The notes under the pieces are model-generated. The model did not search any database. It was given only the letters and a program-made list of their open reading frames with translations, and was not told the origin of the DNA. The position numbers and the translations under genes are program-made. A stretch of DNA of 53,597 nucleotides, counting the filler, from Sphacelaria rigidula (lineage: Eukaryota): assembly GCA_964200075.2 (NCBI GenBank). It is 5 parts of 5 records of this genome, joined end to end, with 100 filler letters (N's around TTAATTAATTAA, not from the genome) between each part and the next. Parts side by side here need not be neighbours in the genome. Positions count along the whole stretch, not along the records: positions 42,960 to 53,597 come from CAXNAA020006164.1; 4 more parts are not named here. The stretch is one strand, 5' to 3'. This document shows positions 44,161 to 53,597 of this stretch, piece after piece (positions within the stretch are counted from its first letter, which is position 1; each line of letters begins with the position of its first letter).

Positions 44161-46232
44161 CTGTTTTATTGTTGATCGGTCCAGCTTATCGACCCGCGAG
44201 GGTCGCTTGAAGGGCTAGGGGGGGTGTCGCGGATCATTCGATATCGCTCAGCTTTGTTAGAGGGGTGGTGAATTTTGCTGCTTTGCGGGTTTTGAGCCAT
44301 TCGGAGTTTTTTGCTTTCGTTGTGTGTAGTGATGGTACACCGATCCGTAAGGATCACTCAAAGAGCTTGGGGGGTGTCACACATCGATCCAGGAAGCGGT
44401 CCGGGTCCTGAGGCGGTGTTGCGCCTTCCCCCATTTGCTAGGATAAGCGATGTGTCACGTTCCAGTTTTGAACATCAGAGGACGACAGCCCTCCCCTCGT
44501 AGTGCCTCTTGCAGACTTCCTCGTAGTGCTTCATGCAGGACTTCCTTCCGAGTCTTGGCCTAGCATCAGCAACAATCAATACACGACACTACGACACTAC
44601 GACCCTGCAATCCTGGGACTTGTCTTATACTGCTTCCGCTGCCTCATCACTGAGGATCCGCTGACCACATCCCTACTGAGCTCTTGGGTTAACGATCTTA
44701 TGTTCAGAAGACAATCGCATACAGGTACCTCGTAATGGTTTGGGGTAACGTGCAAGGCATCTAGAGCCAGCCAGCTGTACGTCAAGACAGCTGCTATCGA
44801 GAAGCCTTACCAATACTTTGGGTGTGCGCCTGTCCTTTCTTATGATCTGTTTCAGCAATTTGCGACTCATAGTCTATGGCATACCGGAAAGCAAATCTTG
44901 TACGTGTGCTTGAAAACAGGCATGGTGGTGGCTGGGACTAGTGCGGGACGACCTAGCGGGAATTTGCTGGGAAACGGCTCGCGTCTCAGTGCTGGCTTGC
45001 TGCGGGCCCTTGCGAATGTAGGGCGACGGCGAGAACACGAACACGATATATGCTTCAATACAAGTTTTCGCTTCCCTGTAACAACGACACATCACCATAC
45101 CCCGGGTACGTGCGGCAGACCTTCAATTTAGAGCCTCTTCTAACAAGGGCCCAGCCGAGACCACTCCGGTTTTACCGCCGCAATTCAAGACCGCGATGTC
45201 ACAAACACCGGAATAAATTGAAATTGCACGCGCCCTAGGCACAGGGCAGTCTCTCTATTAACACTAGGTCTACGAAACATCGACAATAAATACCAACACT
45301 TGTCGACACTGTAGGAGCTGGGCCAGCTTGAAAACTGGTTCAAACTGTCACAGCCATATCTCATCAACGCAGACGAATTGGGCCGTGATCCGCACATCTT
45401 GTCAATTGTCTGATCTAGGGAAAGATGACCGTCTACTCAACAGCCCGGTCAGACCTTTCTCGTTGATTAAAGGCCATGTCGAGCAAATCCCGTGACGTAG
45501 GGGGATCTGTCGATTCTCAAGTCTGTATAAAGCCCCGTCACAATACAACCAGCGACTGATGGTGATTCTTGGTGAGGATATTTCTTGGGGCACGAGGAAA
45601 CGATTGATACCCTCACCTTCACCTAATTCGTCACCTGTCGAGAAATATGCCGCGAATAGTATCGTGTACTCCATTCAAGACGTGAGAGGGTTTCCTCGAA
45701 AATTGGTTCAATATCGCGGTGAAGTTGAACCTGCCTTGGGATTTTCGCCATTTCCGCCAAATAGTTTGGTCTAGGAAAGTGCTTTCGTTTGGTGTATTTG
45801 TGTTGGAAGATAGGCAGGTGTGGCTGAGTACGCCCAATGCGGTGTGCACGTGTGTCGATGACGATGCCACCGGAGGAGCAATGATGGAGACGAAGCTGCT
45901 CACCGGTGTCCTTCATGCCTTCGTTGGGCGATTCCCAATTAATTGGTCGAGAGCGTGGCGTCAGGTTACCAACACATACTCCATTTGCCAGCCCTTCCCT
46001 CGGTGAAACGACGGCATGCGGTTAGATGTACAGCCCCCAAAGAGATGCTTCTCGGCTTACCGCATCTTGCTCGATGAATTCGTGTCTTCTTTGCCGCGCT
46101 GACCAGCGCAAATATCGATTCTTTCCGGCCCCTCTTTTTGGACGGGACGTGTCTGTGTGCACCACCGAACAGATAGCTGAAAAACAGGGCGATGTTCCCA
46201 TCACCGCTGCCGGTCTCACGCACACACGTGCG

Positions 46233-46490
46233 GAGCAATGCTACGGTAGGGGTGCACTTTTTTCGCGAAATTATGTCTGGTTCAGGGGCTCCTGACGATT
46301 CTAGATGCACAAAAATCTGGGTCAGGGCATCCCCGTTTGCAAATTCATTCCGGATATCCCCAGGACCTTGGAGAAATAATCCTGGCGTACTTTCACATAT
46401 ATTTCATAGGTCGTGTTTTGCATGAGATAAAGGGCTCCTAACTATTCTAACCTCAGAAAATATTTGTGTACCCCTACCGTAGCATCACTC
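46233..46490. mobile_element. 258-bp MITE with GAG...CTC ends and a 4-bp TSD TGCG (Sola2-like)
   Basis: Full-length homolog of 16573-16828 with a different 4-bp TSD. Confidence 0.85.
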
Positions 46491-46508
46491 TGCGAGCATT
46501 GACGGTTG

Positions 46509-46618
46509 CACGGGTGGCCACTGGGGTGCCTATGACTTCAAATTCGGACGTTACAGACGTTGCACAACGTCTGCAACGTCCAAATTCGAGGTTACAGGCA
46601 CCCCAGTGGCCACCCGTG
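46509..46618. mobile_element. 110-bp hairpin MITE with CACGGG...CCCGTG ends
   Basis: CACGGGTGGCCACTGGGGTGCCT / AGGCACCCCAGTGGCCACCCGTG is a perfect 23-bp inverted repeat. Pairing continues to the centre. TG on both flanks. Confidence 0.75.
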
Positions 46619-48303
46619 TGCGACGAGGTTCAATCGCGTGTGAGGGGTGTTATCGTGAGCTTTATGTTTGGCCTGCTGCACGGACAGTAGTACAGATTGG
46701 GGCTGCGAGGGTACTGTAGTATAAAAGCCACGATCATCGAGACTTTTTCTCCATGCCTAGTGAACTAAGATACCTCGGGCGGTGGCTTAGCTGCGGCTTG
46801 TGTGACCCACATGGGGGCTGGCGTCCTGTACCCGTGAGCTGAGGGTGCTTTTTTTAACGTACAGTCAATGGGCACAGGGAGGAGGGGTCGCGTCTTTTTT
46901 CGATCGTCCTTCACTCTGTCGAGGCCACCACAAGATTTTACCTAACAAAAGGCATGGTTCCACCACGAGCAAGGGGGCTCTCGTAACACACACATATATA
47001 TATATATATATGAGCTACTTGTCGTTTAATTTGTGGCCCACGCCATCGAGCGCTGACCAAAAAGTCTTGTCTGATATAGCTTGGATTGGGTTCCAAGGAG
47101 TGCAACAGCAGCCAGCTGACAGAGACGGCCATATTGGTATATTGTTTTTCTTGTTAGCAAGCTCCACATAAATAAGGGGAGGGACGTGAAGTATGCCACA
47201 CGTGCTGAGAAGACACGGCTCCATTGACAACACGAAACTACTTTCGGACAAGTATCGTGACGTACAAATGACCGCGTTGTCGCGACACGTTCGTTCGTTG
47301 ATGTCTCGATCCTTGCCCTTCGAGAGATGCCATCCCCTGAGCAGCGGCTCGGTTATTTTTTGCCTCATAGCGCATGCTGCTGTTGTTCCCCTCTAAAGCC
47401 CGTACAATTCACGGTGACTGACCGTGCAGATGATGTGCGGAAACATGCCAAAGTGAGTATGAAAATAATTATGTAAATAATTTCAACTGAAGCTATTTTG
47501 ATAGCCTCGAAACGGGTGCCAAAGCTGACAGGTGGTGCATTCCTCGGTTTCCCTGAGGGGTAAAAAGACAAGGCCACAGTTTTTTCAAGCCCCTACGACA
47601 TCGTAAAATCGTGAAGGACAGATAGTTTTGTGTGAATCAAATTGTCCTGTTTCTGTCACGGAAAGGAAAAAGGCACCTTGTAATTCTCTGCATCAGCGTT
47701 GTAAGCGCGGATAGCGAGATGATGAGCATCGTCATTCAGTAGCAAACTATACTTTGACCATCAGTTGTGCAAACAAGCTCAGAAGCCACTGACTGTATGG
47801 AAGCATCAACCTCAAGGATGTAGACTTCTGCTGCCGAACCGACGGCATGAATACAGCAGAAGTTTACAATCCTAGCAATGGTCGAAGGATCCACAGTGAT
47901 GGGACCTCTTCTGGATTTGAAATTAAATGATTTGACACTATAGTTTAGAGATGGGTTCAGCATATTCTCCTTCCCTGTGCTATGCGACGATCATTCCAGT
48001 GCCTTTTCGTAGCTTGCATTTCCACTGGGTGGGCGCTTTGTTCATTCGCCCACACGCTTCATTCTAGAGAGAATGGGGGGAAATCGCCTACAGCAGTCCA
48101 ATTAAATATCGTTCCAAAGGGGGGCAAAGCATTGGATGAAAAAGTCAGGATCATGCACACCAATCGCACCAACCGTGAAAACCAAAATAGCACCCACGTG
48201 GTCAATCCTTTGACCTCCAGGGTGGGCTACGTGTTTAATCGGCACCATTTTGACTCGACAAATGAATATAAGACCCAGGTGGGGGTTTGATGGATCAGCT
48301 CGG

Positions 48304-51300
48304 TCATTTTTCATTTGCGTCGGGTATACGCTTGTCACTAGTACCACCTCCACTGCCGCGATTTGCTGTGGCCACCGAGTACCCCAACACCCCCAGCACC
48401 GCCAGCGCGGACCCAACCATACTTTTCACCCCGCCCAAGTCCCCTCCGAACGCGAAAGCACCAGCCCCGATCACAAACACGCGCTTGAACGTGTTGCCCA
48501 CCGCGTGTGTTATTGGATGCAGCTGGTCCAGCAGCCTGAAGGACAAATCGTAGTACGCGTTCCAGCACAACGCTGCGAAGAGACAGTGACGGGCGACGTC
48601 CGTCCAGCTACCGCCATCTCTTTCGTCAACCGCCACCGTCGCCCCTCGCCACAGCTTCAGCCACAGTGAGCTCTCTCTTGCCACGGCGATGGGTAACAGT
48701 ATCGCCGCTCCGATGGTGGTGAGCAAGCGGAAAGTGTCTCCACGCTCGATCGTTGCCAATCCTGTTTTTCCCGTGTTTATTCCCTTCGTGTCTTCATTCT
48801 TGCTCGTGGTGGAGGTGACATTGCCCGTTGTTGTGCTTCCATTGGTTTCATGACGGATGCTTGCTCTGTCCACTCTATTGCTCTTGCCAGCCGCCGGACC
48901 GATGGTCTTAACGATGAGCACGTTACGCAACGCATTGCTGAAGTTGGACGTGAGGGCGGTAGCCAGAGCTACCGAGCTGCAAGAAGCGGCAAATCAGGAA
49001 AGAGTGTGACACCAGGGGTCCGGGGGTATGATGAAGCGGGTGCGAAACTGTGGGTTGACGGACCCGGCATCGCATTTTTGGAATCATCGACGTTTTCTAC
49101 TTTCTGATCTGGTCACGCAAGAGGAGGACACATCTCCTCGTGTAGTCAGACACCTTCACAACGGATTGGAAATATGTGATATTACGTGCTAAACCTAAAA
49201 CACAACGGTGCATGATCAACAACCCGTACAAACAGCTATTTTCCTCTGTGACATACGCGCCACCTACAGAGCTGCCAGCACTGACGATGAAGATTTGATG
49301 GCGTCCTGCTGCTAGAGTGTTAGAAGCACCGAGGTGACTCTCTCGTCACGCACCTGAAGCGCGCCTGATTGCAGCTGGTGATGCCCACCCCGACGACGAC
49401 CGGCAGCAGCGATAGGTACGCCGACAGCGGCAGGATCTTGCGATTCGGAGACATATGGGACACAGCGGGGGCGGCGCCCGGCGAAGGGAGTAGCCAACAA
49501 CGCTGAGGTTGTCAAAGGTTACCGTTGCATGTAAAAGCCATTGCGAGCTGGTTCGCGCTGATCACCCAAAATTCATTTCATCAGCAAATGTTCACGCCGA
49601 TCCTTTGAGTTTCAACTCTGAAGTTTCGCACAATTACTATGGGACATCACGAACTTTCCATGGATGGGATCTTCTGACGCTTTATTTGCAGCCAGCTATC
49701 TGGGGAGGTACATGGCCTTGTCGGGAGACAACTGATGCAAATGAAGAACACAGTCAAAAGACTATTCATACAAAGTTTCGTCATGTTCCACATGACTTAT
49801 GTGCAGAACTTCAGAGTCTAACTTCAGGATTCGGCGTGAACACTTGCGCCTTTGTGAGATGAAGTGGGCTTGAAAGGTACAAACGCCTGACTACTTTGAG
49901 GATAGAAACTCCTGCTCGAGTGCGTTCAACGTGAAATCGATAAACACTGCATTAGATTTCTGAGTTTCGCAACGAAACGTCATAGAAATGCTCCTTGGAG
50001 TACCCTTGAACGATTTTTTCATTTTTATTTTGAGGCATTCTGTACCGCATTCCGGGGGATCTTCACGCTGGGAACCTGAAAGCCAGTACAGAGCGGGGAA
50101 AAATTAAATTACTTTTTAATTTTTTTTTTTTCCATTTGGAGCACGAATACCTACCGAATTGCCGAGTTTGAAGGCGGTTGGAGCTTTCTACGATAGACAC
50201 AGTCTGGTTCAGGATGAACGCCCAAACTTTATCCCCCCGCGATTTCTCACGCGGGCTGTCGGAGTTAGACCGTTTCTTGCACATGGTATTTTCTTGAGAG
50301 TTGTATTCTCCACTTGTGGGTAATTCGACACCGTTTCTGGTCCCCAACCACGGAGTATGTCGTCATCACACGTCCAGAGCACTATTCATCACCCCACCGG
50401 GAGGAATCTAGCCCACTTTTTCGATTCGCTTTGCCCCGAGGTTTCGAGGGTGGCCTCCGAACAAAAATACAGCTTGACAAAAAAATGTGGTGATCATGCC
50501 AAAAAACCTCATTATTTTGTCCACCTGTATTTCTGTTCAGTGGTCATTCCCGAAACCTCAGGGTCAAGCGAATCAGAAAAGGGGGCTAGACTTCTCCCGC
50601 TGGGGTGGTGCATAGTGTCCTAGACGTGTGATGGCGATACTGCGTGATTGGGGGCCAAAAACCGTGTCAAATGTCCCAATGGGTGGAAAATACGCCCCCC
50701 ATAAGAATACCAACCGTAACAAAGGATTTTGGATCCTAAATTTTGCACACGTGTACTATGGGATATTGTGAGACCTTCTATCAAAGGGTTTTTATTTCTT
50801 CATTTTGCCAGATAGTCGGGGTCCCCCTATGGTCTCGTGGCACCCCGGATATCTGGCGAAAGAGCAAGAGAACAAAACTCCTACCGATGAAACTTTTGCA
50901 ATATCTTATGGTACACCTGTGCAAAACCTCAGGGTCAAAAGCTCCGAAAACCCGCGTGAGAAGTCGCCCTTACGTGGGATCAAGTGTATAATAATCTGCT
51001 GAGCCCCCTCATTACTTGATTTTATAATCAAACAAACTTTCTTCTTTTCTTGTGCGTTCAAGCTTGCATCGACCGTTTAGGATAAGTTTCTCGAGTTACG
51101 CAACCAAACTTTGTTCAAAATATCCTTTGCACTACCTCGAGAGGATAAAAAATCGCATATTTCTTTTGGAGGTATTCCTTAGCGACTTCTGGGGATCTTC
51201 ACGCCGGTACCCCCCGGAAGCCGGTAGAGAGCGGATAAAATTTGGAATATTTCTTGGATGCTTTTTTTTTTCCATTTGGAACACCCATATCCATTGAACT

Positions 51301-52598
51301 GTCAAGTTTGGGGATGATCGGAGCTTTCCTACGATAGGTATGGGGGAAACCCTTAGGAGGCTTTCTGAGGTGTTTGATGCATATTTATCAGTGGGAATCC
51401 GACGACGACAAAACCCCCCATCACCGAAACCGCATGTTGTGGGGTAAAACTCGATCCCATACAAACCGCTTTCAAATATGTTTTTCGCGTGAAATTCCCT
51501 AGCCGATGGCAGTTTCTACGGTTTGATTCATGACGAGATTGGGTAGACATTGTGTCGAGAATTCGTACGTGTAATTTCAGAACAATTTGAAGGTCCTTTA
51601 CTGACTGAGAAACAATTTTACTACTAGTACCACAGCAAGGAACGCACAAAAGAACGCAAGAAAAAGATGGCTTTGTCACGCTGTTCGCTTGCTCGTGCAG
51701 GTCACTATGATACCAAATATCTTTCTATCGCATCAGTTTTTTCTACAGTGAGCGGGGAACAAATTTCGGGCGTTCACCCTGAACCAGCTTGTATAATGGA
51801 CACCGTCGGGAGGCTTTCTGGGCCTCTGGTGCATCTCATCAGTGGAAGTCTGACGACGCCAGAATAGCAGATCACCGCAATAGCACGGTTTGGGATATAA
51901 TTCGATCCCATATTAATAGCAACCGTCTTCAACTGTTTTCACGGTTAGATCTCCGAGGTGATGGCGGCCACTACGATTCGATGTGGTAATTGAGGAGAAA
52001 CTGGGCTACGAATCCGTGTTTTCGATTTCAGAACAATTCGAAGGGCGCTGATTGCTCGAGACACTTTTTCGCCCTTAGCGCCACTCCCATGACTTCACAC
52101 AAAAATCCGGCCGTACCATTCTCTTCAGTTGTCCATGGCGGTCACTATGGCACCATGCATGCGACTATAGGGTAAGTATTGCGAAAGGCATTTGGTGACG
52201 ACGCAATCTCGGGTAATAGGCGTCCACCAGCTCGTATGCAATCTAAACCAGCTCGTGTGTGAGATGAACTCAGTCAGGAAAAAACACAAACAGCACGCAA
52301 ACCAGCCCCTCCAAGTCCCCCGCCCCTCGCCCCTCCCTGCTCCGTCTCACAAGGGATGCGTGGTCAACGGTCGAACGACTAAGGCAAGCAACAAAAGAGT
52401 ACCCCCCCTCCCCCCCCCCCCCCGCCCCTCCCCCCGCTCCACCTGTCCTCGAAGCATGACGGAAAACGCTGCTGTGAAACATGCCTCCGCCGCTTTGACG
52501 GTGTGCAAAAACGACACGGATCCCGCTCCAAGCCCTAGGACCACAGTTAGGTGCGACACCATGTGCAGGAACGCTATGGGCAGAAGTGTCAGTATGTC
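48304..52598 (-). CDS. Triose-phosphate/phosphate translocator (TPT/pPT family), last three exons 52598..52443, 49436..49354 and 48976..48304
   Basis: The spliced product contains LLPIAFLHMVSHL, GAGSVSFLHTVKAAEACF, YLSLLPVVVGVGI, ALTSNFSNALRNV, LDQLHPITHAVGNTFKRVFVI and GSALAVLGVLGYS. GT-AG boundaries with matching phases (0 and 2). 5' exons not located. Confidence 0.9.
51355..52070 (+). repeat. Two diverged ~250-bp direct repeats in the TPT intron
   Basis: GGAGGCTTTCTG..GCAT..ATCAGTGG..GACGACG..TCACCG..TCGATCCCAT..ATTTCAGAACAATT at about 51357-51620 and about 51809-52070. Confidence 0.6.
52338..52423 (+). mobile_element. Short C-tailed SINE copy ~20 nt from a TPT donor site
   Basis: TGCTCCGTCTCACAAGGGATGCGTGGTC...GAGTA followed by a C-rich tail. 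CCCCCGCCCCTC is present on both flanks. Confidence 0.8.
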
Positions 52599-53597
52599 CT
52601 GAAATCCAGGCGTAGTCGTCAACCGTACATCAGCGGGAGGGGGGAGGACGGGATGAGTTAGTGGAGTATGCTGAAGATATTTTCACAGGACGTCATCTGT
52701 TGACTTTCCAGGTTTGATGTGTATTTCACAAAAAACGCTCACATACGAAGTCTACTGGCCATCGCGGGACGGGGCCGGTATAACCTTTTCGGCAGGAGTT
52801 GGGCTGTGTTAGTGTTTGCAAGCGTTTCTTAGTTGGAAAACTACAGGACAAAAAAAACAATCATGATCCGGATTGTCGTCACGCTTAAAGCGTCCAACAA
52901 GATCTACCACCTCTCTTTCCGACGGTTTTCAGTGCGTGATGCGATCCGCCTTGGTGTGTGCCTTCACAGAGCATGTATCTCCGAAATGTAATTGTAGATC
53001 GGAGCCATTGTTCTTACGGGTAGGTCGATGTTAGCCCATTCATTATTTCTTGGTAGATATCAAGTACCAATTCTGTTTCAACCCTTTTAGGCACCGGAGC
53101 TCAGAACCTGTTATGTCGGTAGTTTGCGGCCCACGTTCTCCATGCATTTGTTTGTGATTCGCCGATCACGTTTAAGAACAGGGTGCTTCTGCGGCGGCGG
53201 GTCTCTTGTTCTCTGTCCACAACCGGATAAAACAAAACAAACGCCGCACACTTCACATGCCTTGTACTCAACAGGTTAGCACCTGTTGATTACCGAAGGG
53301 TTGAGAGTCATCCCACGATAGGGGGGGGGGTATTTTGGGTCATTTGTTGCTCGAAATTTCGAGTCAGATCGTCCTTGAAAGCAGCAACGGTTGTTCGAAC
53401 AAGCTTGTGGATCAATAACGCTCATCCATACCGCCTGACACCGTTTGGAACCAAAAATAAGCGCAACGCAAGTGTGGGAGGATGTCTGACACACTTACGA
53501 GCCTCGTTTTTCGTGCAACCAAATACCCCCCCTCTATCTTACAAAAGACCAACCTTGCAAGGAAGGAGTGGTCAAAGGCCAAACGACCACACCAAAC

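Larger units (their letters stand above)
42960..44854 (+). mobile_element. Internally deleted LTR retroelement: truncated 5' LTR (to 43275), PBS, ~1.1-kb internal region, PPT and 3' LTR (44375-44854)
   Basis: ~310-bp direct repeat (42969-43275 and about 44546-44854), both copies ending CTGTTTCA. A TGG-initiated PBS follows LTR1. The purine tract AAAGAGCTTGGGGGG precedes TGTCAC at 44375. Confidence 0.85.

Noticed and set aside
53557-53597. Further SINE copy at the window end (GTGGTCAAAGGCCAAACGACCA)
   Set aside because: The match is short, diverged and cut by the window end, so it was not counted.

Overview
Eukaryotic, intron-rich and transposon-dense DNA. Exon style and protein sequences suggest a stramenopile, probably a brown alga (inference). 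The window is not one locus. It is five unrelated contigs of 10641, 10640, 10639, 10639 and 10638 bp, joined by 100-nt N44-TTAATTAATTAA-N44 spacers. Contig 1 (1-10641) carries the last nine exons of clathrin heavy chain on the minus strand. Contig 2 (10742-21381) holds a multi-level nest of transposons and a decayed large transposase-like gene. Contig 3 (21482-32120) is nearly gene-free and holds two long copies of a tRNA-headed SINE. Contig 4 (32221-42859) has two exons of mitochondrial inner-membrane peptidase IMP1, Copia remnants, MITEs and the first exon of a secreted protein. Contig 5 (42960-53597) has a deleted LTR retroelement with an unusually long tRNA-complementary primer-binding site and the last three exons of a TPT-family phosphate translocator. 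The most unusual signal is a SINE family with about ten copies that end in poly(C) instead of poly(A) and insert at C-runs with clear target-site duplications. Its short copies start at the base of a folded ~65-nt 3' RNA module. No CRISPR array, rRNA or convincing functional tRNA was seen.
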